This document shows positions 49,945 through 59,233 of a stretch of 64,000 nt of DNA, in pieces. The number at the start of each line of letters is the position of its first letter. Position 1 is the stretch's first letter. The DNA comes from Bacteroidota bacterium (GTDB lineage: Bacteria > Bacteroidota > Bacteroidia > 2-12-FULL-35-15). The notes under the pieces are model-generated. The model worked only from the letters and a program-made list of their open reading frames with translations, was not told the origin of the DNA and made no database searches. The DNA is taken from positions 4,321-68,320 of the forward strand of contig JAJTCJ010000003.1 in assembly GCA_021323165.1 (NCBI GenBank), in the 5' to 3' direction. Both the position numbers and the translations under genes were made by a program.

Positions 49945-52900
49945 TTACTTGATTTTAACAAGTTTCGAAGTATAAACCTTAGAATTAGTTGTTAAAGTAA
50001 CTGAATAAATTCCTTCAGCTTGCTCATTCAGATCTATTAATGAAGAGTTGGTTCCTTTTTCACAATAAACTGTCTTAGATAAAACTTCGCGACCACTGTA
50101 ATCATAAACTTTTAAGATGGCAGTTTCGGAAGTCAAGCAACTATAAACGATCTCGGTTGTGTTAGCAGTTGGATTTGGTTTAATGTTAAACACTGAAATG
50201 TCATCACCAATTGTAACTGTTGCGATAGATGAATATTTGTAGTTATTGTCAAAATCAGTTTGTTTCAAACGGTAGTAGTAAATTCCATTTTGAACATCCC
50301 TATCATTTAAATAATAATTTAATCTACCGGTACTGTTTCCACTTGGTGCCTTTGAATTAACAGTTCCAATGCTGCTGAATTCGACTCCGTCTGTAGACCG
50401 TTCAACACTAAAGAAATCGTTATTAGTTTCTGAGGCTGTTTCCCAGGTAACATCAACTGAACCGTTAGTATTGTATTTTGCATCAAAGTTCAATAGTTCC
50501 ACAGGTAATGGATTTAATAGAACAGTTCCTAAAGAGGAGAATGTAAATGGACTAAAATTGGTTACTGTACTGGAAAAACCAACGTTTCCGGTTGCGCCAT
50601 AAGAACATGCAGGACCTGAGTATGCAGGACCAGTGTTTTCCCAAGCACTACCATTCCAGCGTGCAATAGCTAAAGAATCACATTTATAAATATAGCTTCT
50701 TCCAGAATTTTCCCAGTATAACCTAAGAGAAGTATTTCCTGTTGTTCCGTTAAGTCTGTCGAACATCCAGTGCTCAACCGCGCTAACGTGAGTAAGCTGA
50801 AGATTTGCAGCCTGAACAGCCATAGTAGTTACATTCGAATAAGGCGTAGCAAAATATTCTGCGCTAAAATCTGTTGCAGCAGTAGGAGCTGTCATTTGAA
50901 TTCTAGCCCAGTATGGACTTTTCCCAGTAGGGAAAATAAATGCATCTGTTCCCTTTTTAACAATTGGTCCGTTTACATAACTTGTTGCACTTCCCTGATT
51001 CGCTGTTGCAAGCGCATCAACCTGGATAACATTAGCAGTTGTAGTAGTTAGTAATCCGTTGATAAGCGACAGATTGTACGCAGCTGCAGATCCGGAAGGA
51101 GCTGTGAAAGAGACAGCAGTACCCGTAACTCTTAAAGGCTGCTGAAGAGTTACCGAAGAAGCAGATGTTTTGTCAATTGTTAAACTTCTTAAGCGGTAAG
51201 GATCAACAGTTGTACCTGCTCCGGCTGTTGTGGTAAATGTACCGGAGTTTTGAGTGTTAGCTAAATAGTAGATAAAATCAGCTCCGGCATCGTTTGTTTT
51301 AGTTCCTGAAGCCGTGATATTTCCCGTGTAACCTGAGGAATGACCCATTCCAAGTTTTGCATTTGCCTGAATTGCGAAGTTACCGGTTCCTGAAACAGGA
51401 TATGTAGCAGTATACAATGCTGCTGTTGATTCAACAGTCACTGTTCTTGAAGCTCCCACATCACCCATTTTTGATCCAGTTAGTGTAACTGTCTTTCCTG
51501 CTTTGATATTTGTGTTTGGCAGAGAAACAGTTCCGCCAGTTTGAGACCAGGTTACTGAAGCTACACCTCCCGATAAATTAATAGAGGTTAAACCGCCAGG
51601 TGAATCGTTGTATTGCCATGTTCCACCTGATACAGTGACATTTCCACCGATTGTCAGATTTGTTAAAGAACTGCTGTTTCCGCCTTCATAATCTTCAAAG
51701 ATACCGGATGTCATTAAAAAGTTTCCGGTTACATTTAAGGTAAGGACTACACCACCATTTCCTAAAACGCCTTTCCACCAACCTCCGCTGAATATTAGAT
51801 CACCTCCAACATTTATAGTTTCAGAAGTACCGTCTAGAAGATAGTTATTACTTCCAATTCTTCTCCACTCAAAGTCTCCCTGAATCGTATTCAAACAATT
51901 CTGCATACCAAAGTTTCCAGTTGTAGTACCGTTCAAAAGAACATTACCCCAGGAAGTTCCTGAAGGGAAAGTTCCACCACCCCATTGTAAGAACCACTGA
52001 TTAGAACGTGGCTCAAAGAAACGACCACCACTAGGTAGATACCCATTATTATCATGGATCCAGTAACTGCCATTTTCCATATAGAAGTTAGTAACATAAG
52101 CTCCAGAAGTTGCTTTTGCTCTTTGGATGAACGTTCCGCCTGTGTTAATACGTAAATCTGTCAAAGTTATTAAACAACCTAATGCAGATATCATAGTCCC
52201 TCCATTTTCAACATATAATACAGGTAATGTAAGAGCAGCTGTACTTGTCATTGTATGTCCATATTGTACATAAAATTCAGACCCTGCTGCGAACGAACCA
52301 GGAGAAGCTCCACTACCATCTCGGGTTGCACTCCAACTGGATAATAAATTAGGATTTAAGCTTCCTTTTGAATAATATGGGATTCCACAATTAATGATCC
52401 TGCTGCCAAAAGGATTGGTTACGGTCGGAGTTCTAGCCACTCCACCAACAGTTATGGAAGTGCATTGTGCATCTACTTTATTCGGGTCACATGCTGCAGT
52501 AGATTTTATATCATAAGAAAGCCAGAAATAATTTGTTCCTGAAAGTAAGACCTGTGCAGGAGTAATTGTAAAAGTTCCGCTAGGAGCTGCTATTGTCCCC
52601 CCAACCTGAACTGCGCCAGCATATAGATTTATGTCCTGAGAATACCAAAGTTTGGCATTTTGAATGTCTCCGACTACAGTTGTTCCTGTAGTGTTAAAAG
52701 TAAATGAAGTGACTGATAATGGGTTTAATGCCCCTGTGGTAACTATCTCAACTCCGATTATATGCTGGTTCACTTCACCTTTAGCTACTCTTGAGGTATT
52801 TTGAGTAGTGGTAGATGAAAAGTAAGCCATATTGTTTGCCGCCTTAGTTGGCCTGCATCCTGCCGGTGCAGAAGGAGAAGGAACAACCGTAGAAGCTGTA

Positions 52901-54729
52901 CCATTATTCATTGTAATAGAGGTACAAGTTGCATCTACACAATTCCCTGTTGGTGTTGTTACAGTAATGTCATAAGCAAGCCAGAAATAATTCGTACCTG
53001 CAACTAATCCGTTGGTTCCATTAAATGTCATGACCCCGCTTGGAGCTGCTATAGTAGTTCCAAACTGAGCGGTAGTAGCAAAATTCGCATCTGTACCTGT
53101 AGAATATAGTCTTGCATTTGCAATGTTCGCAACATTCGTTGTACCAGCAGTATTACAAACAAACTGAGTAGCGTTAAAAGGATTAACAACACCGTCCATT
53201 TCTACTTGAATACCAATAATATGCTGTCTGTAGGTACCTGCAACAACTGTATCCGTTCTCTGGGTAACAGTTGAAGAAACATAAATAGCTTTGGGTAATT
53301 CTGCAATAATAATAGTGTAATCCTCTATTTCTCCTGCAACACCCTGAGCACCGCAAGATGAAGCTGCAGTGGTATTACCTTTACATATTACACGCATTCT
53401 CGTGGCTCCTAAAGTTACATTATTAGGAACAGTAATATCTACAGAGGAACGATATGCGGTGGTAGCACTATTAGCAGAATAACCATTAGAAAGCACTTGT
53501 TCTCCCGCATCAGCAAAATCGCCATCGTCATTCCAATCGATCCACGCGTAAGCCCAGGTACTTTGAGTACCTCCATTAGCAACTTTATTATGATCAACAA
53601 TCAATTCATATGATTCACCATAATAAACAGTAGTGCTCTGACCCGTATAATCATTATACATGCTTGTTCCGGTTGCACCAGTTGTATTATTGATCGAATT
53701 GAATGTCACATTACTAATATAAAAATCAGTAGTTGCTGTTGCTGTTGCAGCGCAATAAGCACCTGCAGCAGGTGCAATGATCTGACGAGTTCCGGCTGGA
53801 GCAGTTACTGTTGGTGTTCTTGCTCCTCCAACATTAATAGAGGTGCATTGTGCGTCAACTAAATTATTTGCAGTGGCGGTAGTCTTAATATTATAAGTTA
53901 ACCAAAAATAATTAGTTCCGGGTTCTAATACTTGTGAAGTGGCAATTGTAAATGAACCATTCGGATCAAAGGTCACAATACCCAATTGAGTAGCTAAAGA
54001 AAAAGTCGAGCTGGTTGAAGTATAATATAATCTTGCCTGGCTTATATCTGTTAAAGGAGCTGTTGAACCTGTTGTATTGAAAGTAAAAGAAGTGGCAGAT
54101 AAAGGGCTGGTTCCTCCTGCCGTAACTACCTGAATACCTAAAATTGCGTTACCGGTACTTCCCTGGGTAACACTTGCGGTGCTGGCTTGCGTTGTTGTAG
54201 AAGAAGTGTATGTCATTGCCGCACTTGAAACCACAGTGATATCATAATCCTCCCAATCAATATAAGTTGCATAAACATCACAAGGACCAGTTAGAGTTGC
54301 ATTATATTTACACACTACTCTCATCTTGGTTGTACCAATTGCAGCTCCGGCAGGAACAGTAACTGCAACAGTTCTTAAGAGATCTCCTGCATTTGTCGCA
54401 CCAACACTTGTCATTACATTTTCTCCTGCATCCACAAAGTCTCCATCATCATTCCAATCGATCCACGCTGCAGTAAATAAATTATATGTACTCGCGTCAT
54501 ATCTTGTAACATTCAGATTATAGGAAAGTGTTTGAACAATGGTCGTTCCCATACCCGTGTTAATATAACCGTCAAAGGCGCTTGTTCTGTTGATAGAGTT
54601 AAAGCTAACGGTTTTCAGATACCCCGGGGTAGCAGTAGAACCACTTACGGTGCAATAAGTTTGGGCGCTCAGGAAGCTAGAAAATCCTGTTAGAATAATT
54701 ACTGCTAAAAAGTGAGAGATCTTTTTCAT
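49945..54729 (-). CDS. 1594-aa T9SS type-A cargo (adhesin-like) with GEVED-like domains, repeated modules and a beta-helix-like region
   Basis: Signal peptide. Two WIDWNDDGDF...EDY(D/T)I units and three modules ending GTNYFWL.Y.I...DA.CTSI. A Gly/Thr/Asn-rich central region. C-terminal KPNPTANTTEIVY...VYTSKLVKIK sorting domain. Confidence 0.75.
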   Translation of the reverse strand: MKKISHFLAVIILTGFSSFLSAQTYCTVSGSTATPGYLKTVSFNSINRTSAFDGYINTGMGTTIVQTLSYNLNVTRYDASTYNLFTAAWIDWNDDGDFVDAGENVMTSVGATNAGDLLRTVAVTVPAGAAIGTTKMRVVCKYNATLTGPCDVYATYIDWEDYDITVVSSAAMTYTSSTTTQASTASVTQGSTGNAILGIQVVTAGGTSPLSATSFTFNTTGSTAPLTDISQARLYYTSTSSTFSLATQLGIVTFDPNGSFTIATSQVLEPGTNYFWLTYNIKTTATANNLVDAQCTSINVGGARTPTVTAPAGTRQIIAPAAGAYCAATATATTDFYISNVTFNSINNTTGATGTSMYNDYTGQSTTVYYGESYELIVDHNKVANGGTQSTWAYAWIDWNDDGDFADAGEQVLSNGYSANSATTAYRSSVDITVPNNVTLGATRMRVICKGNTTAASSCGAQGVAGEIEDYTIIIAELPKAIYVSSTVTQRTDTVVAGTYRQHIIGIQVEMDGVVNPFNATQFVCNTAGTTNVANIANARLYSTGTDANFATTAQFGTTIAAPSGVMTFNGTNGLVAGTNYFWLAYDITVTTPTGNCVDATCTSITMNNGTASTVVPSPSAPAGCRPTKAANNMAYFSSTTTQNTSRVAKGEVNQHIIGVEIVTTGALNPLSVTSFTFNTTGTTVVGDIQNAKLWYSQDINLYAGAVQVGGTIAAPSGTFTITPAQVLLSGTNYFWLSYDIKSTAACDPNKVDAQCTSITVGGVARTPTVTNPFGSRIINCGIPYYSKGSLNPNLLSSWSATRDGSGASPGSFAAGSEFYVQYGHTMTSTAALTLPVLYVENGGTMISALGCLITLTDLRINTGGTFIQRAKATSGAYVTNFYMENGSYWIHDNNGYLPSGGRFFEPRSNQWFLQWGGGTFPSGTSWGNVLLNGTTTGNFGMQNCLNTIQGDFEWRRIGSNNYLLDGTSETINVGGDLIFSGGWWKGVLGNGGVVLTLNVTGNFLMTSGIFEDYEGGNSSSLTNLTIGGNVTVSGGTWQYNDSPGGLTSINLSGGVASVTWSQTGGTVSLPNTNIKAGKTVTLTGSKMGDVGASRTVTVESTAALYTATYPVSGTGNFAIQANAKLGMGHSSGYTGNITASGTKTNDAGADFIYYLANTQNSGTFTTTAGAGTTVDPYRLRSLTIDKTSASSVTLQQPLRVTGTAVSFTAPSGSAAAYNLSLINGLLTTTTANVIQVDALATANQGSATSYVNGPIVKKGTDAFIFPTGKSPYWARIQMTAPTAATDFSAEYFATPYSNVTTMAVQAANLQLTHVSAVEHWMFDRLNGTTGNTSLRLYWENSGRSYIYKCDSLAIARWNGSAWENTGPAYSGPACSYGATGNVGFSSTVTNFSPFTFSSLGTVLLNPLPVELLNFDAKYNTNGSVDVTWETASETNNDFFSVERSTDGVEFSSIGTVNSKAPSGNSTGRLNYYLNDRDVQNGIYYYRLKQTDFDNNYKYSSIATVTIGDDISVFNIKPNPTANTTEIVYSCLTSETAILKVYDYSGREVLSKTVYCEKGTNSSLIDLNEQAEGIYSVTLTTNSKVYTSKLVKIK

Positions 54730-54780
54730 AACTAGAGTATTATTAAATTATTGAAGTATGATTATTGTTGAAACAAAAAT

Positions 54781-55125
54781 TTATTTTTTATCATTAGGCT
54801 TGCTGTTTTTCTCAGCTGCTTTTTTCTTTTCTTGTTCCCAATATATTTTTTCAAAATCATCTGCATTTAACATCTGAGGGATTCCATTAGCATCGTATAC
54901 TACTTTAATTCCATCTTCAAGCATTACTTTATATTCTCCAAACTGTTTTACCAAAACCGGAGCTGCAGGTTGAACTTCAATAAGTTCTTCGGCTGGCGCT
55001 ATATTTTGTTGTTTTGAAATATCTGTATTAACTCCATTTTGAGCAAAGGAGCTGCCTGCAATAAAAAATAAGAATAAAAAGCAAAAATGCTTAACTGTTT
55101 TAGAGATTGACTTTCCGGTTTTCAT
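54781..55125 (-). CDS. secreted hypothetical protein (114 aa)
   Basis: Signal peptide ending SFAQ and a Lys-rich tail. Lies between two T9SS cargo genes on the same strand. Confidence 0.5.
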   Translation of the reverse strand: MKTGKSISKTVKHFCFLFLFFIAGSSFAQNGVNTDISKQQNIAPAEELIEVQPAAPVLVKQFGEYKVMLEDGIKVVYDANGIPQMLNADDFEKIYWEQEKKKAAEKNSKPNDKK

Positions 55126-55143
55126 AACTTATGATTTTATTGA

Positions 55144-56214
55144 TTAATTAACTTTTATAAATTTTGTAGCTTTTCCTTTTTCTGTTTGTATAAAATATAC
55201 ACCGGGAATAAATTCACTTACGTTTATTTCCAGAGGATTTTCTGATTTGATTTTTTCCTTCAAGATTAAGCTTCCCATAACATTATATATTCCAATTTCG
55301 GAATCCTCGCTTGAAGTTACGGTTAAAACATTCTGTACCGGATTTTTTAATAAGCTTAAACTGTTTTTATTTTTGTTCTTTTCGTTAATGCCGGTTGTTA
55401 AAACAGTTACACTTTTTACAATTGAATCAGCACAGGTAATATCAGAATGGTACGCCACCAATTTAACAGAATAGGTATTTGCAGAAGAATATGTATGCGG
55501 TGGAGGTGTTGTGGCTGTTGAAGTAGTGCCATCACCAAAATCCCATAAATAAGAAGTAGCAGAAGTACTTGTATTGGTAAAGCTTGCAGTAAAAGCAGAA
55601 CTTGTATTAGTTGTAAAATTAGAAGTAACAGTAGCTGTCCCAACCGGAAAAATGTAGAAATCCATATCATATCCTTCGGCTGCGCCAAGGTACCATAATC
55701 CGGCTTGTTTTATCTTACTCATATTTAAATTAAGACCATCACCATATCCATTTCTAACAATGAAATAATTGTCGGTTGTAGGAAAAAGAGGTTCAATAGA
55801 AAGAATGATACTGGTGGTTGTGATTGTATATGGTGTAGGAAATACTGCATTTACTTCATAACTCGTACTTGAAGAATCAAGTGTTACAGTAGTTTGTGTC
55901 AGAATCTGGTTCGGTTTACCCTGATTAACATTATATAAAACAACTTTAACAATATTTGTTGGAACACCTGCAGCAGGGTTCGTACGTCCCCAAAAGCGAA
56001 CACCTTTAATCTGACCGGTTAAACCATTATACTGCTGAGCAAGAGCCTGAAAATTTCCTGCAACTACATTTTCCTCACCCAAAGTAACTGTTCTGGTTAT
56101 AGGATCTTTAGCCATTAAAACATCGCAAGTCGTTGCACGACCTTCTTCCTGAGCATTCAGATTAATAATAGAAAATGAAAATAAAAATAGAATTGAAATG
56201 TAAAATTTAGTCAT
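55144..56214 (-). CDS. PKD-domain T9SS type-A cargo protein
   Basis: ATG 56214 gives a signal peptide. PKD motif WDFGDGTTS...HTYSSANTYSVKLV. C-terminal LLKNPVQNVLTV...GVYFIQTEKGKATKFIKVN. Confidence 0.7.
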   Translation of the reverse strand: MTKFYISILFLFSFSIINLNAQEEGRATTCDVLMAKDPITRTVTLGEENVVAGNFQALAQQYNGLTGQIKGVRFWGRTNPAAGVPTNIVKVVLYNVNQGKPNQILTQTTVTLDSSSTSYEVNAVFPTPYTITTTSIILSIEPLFPTTDNYFIVRNGYGDGLNLNMSKIKQAGLWYLGAAEGYDMDFYIFPVGTATVTSNFTTNTSSAFTASFTNTSTSATSYLWDFGDGTTSTATTPPPHTYSSANTYSVKLVAYHSDITCADSIVKSVTVLTTGINEKNKNKNSLSLLKNPVQNVLTVTSSEDSEIGIYNVMGSLILKEKIKSENPLEINVSEFIPGVYFIQTEKGKATKFIKVN

Positions 56215-56457
56215 ATGAACTCGTTTAGTAATATAGTAATACACGAAGTTAAAATAATAAATAAGCTTTTGCAACAATTTGACCATTAAACAATTAACTA
56301 TTTTTTTTAAATAGGTATAAATACGCTATTTTTTAAGATAGCCAAGGCCGGAAAAGTAGTAGATAAACAGGGTAATTTAATGGGCAAAAACCTATGTGGG
56401 GAATGATTTGCCCAGCAAATCTTGGATTATTGTTAAATTTAAGGAATATTTGGAAAT

Positions 56458-57126
56458 ATGCATTATAAAAAACTTACCTTCTGGCAACGTAATTTTTTCT
56501 TTTTTTTCTTTCTGCTGTGTAAATATTCTTCGTCACAGTCGCAAAACGATTGGATATTAAAAAAGGAAGAAGAAGGTATTTCGGTTTATACCAGAAATGT
56601 GGAGACATCTTCTTTAAAAGAATTGAAGTCTGTTGTGACCATTAGAACCTCATTATCAAGTATTGTTGCTTTATTGAACGACTGGGATTCCTATCCTCAA
56701 TGGGTATACAGATGCGAGAAATCCAGTACTTTAAAAACAATCAGTGAAAGCGAAGTTATTCATTATCAAACTGTAATTGCTCCCTGGCCTGTGGATAGTC
56801 GTGATTTCGTAGTGAATGTAAAATTAACGCAGGATCCGATAACGAAAATTATCACAATCATCTCTCAGCCTCACCCCGATTTTATTCCAAAAACAGAAGA
56901 TATGGTCCGCATCAGGAATTTCAAGGCCTCATGGACCTTAATACCATTAAAGGACGGATGGGTGGAAGTAAACTATCAGTTATTAGTAGATCCAGGTGGA
57001 TATGTACCCGCCTGGCTTGTAAACCTCGCGGTTGTTGAGGGTCCCTATCAAACAAAACTTAATATGAAAAAGTGGGTAATGAAAGATAAATACCAGAAAG
57101 CTGTTATTTCTTATTTAAAAGAATGA
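56458..57126 (+). CDS. secreted START / Bet v1-like lipid-binding domain protein
   Basis: Hydrophobic N-terminus, then a START-like pattern (GISVYTR...LKELKSV...WDSYPQW...APWPVDSRDFV...SWTLIPL). Confidence 0.55.
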   Translation: MHYKKLTFWQRNFFFFFFLLCKYSSSQSQNDWILKKEEEGISVYTRNVETSSLKELKSVVTIRTSLSSIVALLNDWDSYPQWVYRCEKSSTLKTISESEVIHYQTVIAPWPVDSRDFVVNVKLTQDPITKIITIISQPHPDFIPKTEDMVRIRNFKASWTLIPLKDGWVEVNYQLLVDPGGYVPAWLVNLAVVEGPYQTKLNMKKWVMKDKYQKAVISYLKE

Positions 57127-57147
57127 ATTCCTTTCACAATAAAAATA

Positions 57148-57173
57148 TAACTTTGTGAAGTGGTCAACCACTT
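57148..57173 (+). promoter_or_regulatory. TAACTTTG -7 box followed by inverted repeat AAGTGGT-CA-ACCACTT
   Basis: TAnnTTTG match at 57148-57155. 7-bp inverted repeat at 57158-57173, 12 bp before ATG 57185. Confidence 0.3.
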
Positions 57174-57184
57174 AGAGAATTAAT

Positions 57185-58081
57185 ATGGCTATTGAAGATC
57201 AGACAAATAACCTCGTTCCCGAATCAGATAAATTTATTAATATTGAGAAAGCCATTGCCTCTAAGAATCCGCGGCTCCTCAAACTTCTTCCAGGTTTTTT
57301 ATTGAAATACATTAAGCGCACAGTTCATGAAAATGATCTGAATGAAGCAATATATCGGTACCGGGATTTACAAGGATATGACATTGTTGAAGCCGCAATG
57401 AAAGAATTCGGTGCCCACACCGAAGTTAAAGGTGCTGAAAATATTCCTTTAAAGGGTGGTGTAATAATGGCTGCTAATCATCCCATGGGTGGTTTGGAAG
57501 GAATTGCATTTATGAAAGTTGTGGGACATTACCGAAGAGATATTCGTTTCTTTGTGAATGATCTTTTGATGGCGCTGAAAAACTTTGCTCCTATTTTTGT
57601 CCCAGTCAATAAACATGGGCGAAATTCCTCAGAATACACTCAAAAATTTGAAGAAGTATATGCTTCAGATAGTTGTATTCTTATTTTTCCGGCAGGATTA
57701 GTATCCCGTAGGCAAAAAAGCGGAAAAGTTGAAGATCTGGAATGGAAGAAAAGCTTTATCACAAAAGCGATTCAGTATCAAAAGAATATAATTCCTGTTT
57801 TTATCGATGGACATAATTCTTCTTTTTTCTATAATCTGGCTTATTGGAGAAAAAAAATTGGAATCAAGGCAAACATAGAAATGTTCTATCTTGTGGACGA
57901 AATGTATAAGCAGAAAGGAAAAACCATTACCTTTATTTTTGGTGAGCCGATCTCCTGGGAAACATTTTCAAAAGATCAGCCGGCTGAATATTGGTCAGAA
58001 AAGGTAAAGCAGCATGTGTATGGTTTGAAGTCAGGTGATAAAACTAAGATGCTGCCAACAATTAAAATGTCTGCACCTTAA
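57185..58081 (+). CDS. PlsC-family lysolipid O-acyltransferase (OlsA/GlsA-like)
   Basis: Acyltransferase motif I-like MAANHPMGGLEG and motif III-like IFPAGLVSR. Confidence 0.6.
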   Translation: MAIEDQTNNLVPESDKFINIEKAIASKNPRLLKLLPGFLLKYIKRTVHENDLNEAIYRYRDLQGYDIVEAAMKEFGAHTEVKGAENIPLKGGVIMAANHPMGGLEGIAFMKVVGHYRRDIRFFVNDLLMALKNFAPIFVPVNKHGRNSSEYTQKFEEVYASDSCILIFPAGLVSRRQKSGKVEDLEWKKSFITKAIQYQKNIIPVFIDGHNSSFFYNLAYWRKKIGIKANIEMFYLVDEMYKQKGKTITFIFGEPISWETFSKDQPAEYWSEKVKQHVYGLKSGDKTKMLPTIKMSAP

Positions 58082-58092
58082 CTAAATAAACA

Positions 58093-59016
58093 ATGCAGGA
58101 AATTATAGCACCGGTTGATAGAAAATTATTAGAAGCTGAATTAACTTCTGAAAGATTTGTGCGTGACACTAATAATGGTCACAATAAAATATATATTATA
58201 ACTCATCATGATTCTCCAAATCTTATGCGGGAGATCGGAAGATTGCGGGAATATACTTTCCGTGAAGCGGGTGGAGGAACAGGTCATGAGATCGATATCG
58301 ATGAGTTTGATACAGCAGACGCACCATATAAACAATTGATCGTCTGGAATACGGAAGAAAAAGAAATTGTTGGTGGATACCGGTTTATTAAACTGAAAGA
58401 TGCTCCCGTAATAAACGGAGTGGTTCATGTAGCTACAACCGAACTTTTTCGGTTTTCTGAAAAATTCATGAAAGAATATGTTCCTTATACAATTGAATTA
58501 GGGCGCTCTTTTGTTCAGCCAAAATTTCAGCCTTCAGTCGATAACCGAAAAGGTTTATTTTCATTGGATAATTTATGGGATGGCCTGGGGGCTATTATTG
58601 TAGATAATCCTGATATAAAGCATTATTTCGGGAAGGTGACTATGTATACCGATTTTAAAGTTGAAGCAAGGGATATGATCCTTGCATTCATGAATTATTT
58701 TTTCCCTGACAAAGAAAATCTTGTTCAGCCAATAGAGCCTTTAAAACTTAAAACGGATGTTAGTCCATTCTTAAATTCGATAAAAGGTCTCTCTTACAAG
58801 GAAGCCCACCGAATCCTCGGACAAAATGTTCGTGAGCATAATGAACATATACCTCCGCTTGTAAATGCATATATGAATCTTTCCGCAACTATGAAAATGT
58901 TTGGTACATCCATGAATTCCCATTTTGGAGAAGTAGAAGAAACCGGAATTTTAGTAACAATTGCAGATATTTATGATACTAAAAAGGAGAGGCATTTAGC
59001 AACATATAAAAAGTAA
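58093..59016 (+). CDS. OlsB/GlsB-like GNAT-fold N-acyltransferase (hemolysin-like)
   Basis: 307 aa with an LREYTFREAGGGTG region resembling the OlsB-family N-terminal motif. Starts 11 bp after the O-acyltransferase gene. Confidence 0.55.
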   Translation: MQEIIAPVDRKLLEAELTSERFVRDTNNGHNKIYIITHHDSPNLMREIGRLREYTFREAGGGTGHEIDIDEFDTADAPYKQLIVWNTEEKEIVGGYRFIKLKDAPVINGVVHVATTELFRFSEKFMKEYVPYTIELGRSFVQPKFQPSVDNRKGLFSLDNLWDGLGAIIVDNPDIKHYFGKVTMYTDFKVEARDMILAFMNYFFPDKENLVQPIEPLKLKTDVSPFLNSIKGLSYKEAHRILGQNVREHNEHIPPLVNAYMNLSATMKMFGTSMNSHFGEVEETGILVTIADIYDTKKERHLATYKK

Positions 59017-59233
59017 ATCATTCTCTTAAATATTTCCCCCCTCAATTATTTCTTTATAAGTAACGTTTTTAGCCTATTCACTGGGTCCATTCAGTCTTGA
59101 TTTTTTTTCACTTCTCAATTTAAGTTATTTACAAATAAATCAAAAATCTTACATCTGCATCCTTTCGGAAGAGTTTGGTTCGTGAGCCCCCCGGGTTTGA
59201 AGTTTCTTTGCATCGTACAAAAAAACATAAACC

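Noticed and set aside
55416-55688. 90-aa Leu/Gln-rich ORF and other 60-100-aa ORFs lying inside larger genes on the opposite strand or in another frame (for example 55..297, 8556..8865, 27083..27582, 46479..46717, 63660..63942)
   Set aside because: These are shadow ORFs of well-supported longer genes. They are low-complexity or without motifs.
56382-56414. Hairpin GGGCAAA...TTTGCCC in the spacer upstream of the START gene
   Set aside because: It has an 18-nt loop and no T-run, and it lies between divergent starts. It is not a terminator and I recognise no RNA family.
59150-59215. Locally GC-richer patch (GAGCCCCCCGGGTTTGA) upstream of the first propeller-repeat gene, considered as a riboswitch or sRNA
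   Set aside because: I could not fold it by eye into a convincing conserved structure or match any riboswitch core. It needs covariance-model scanning before any claim.
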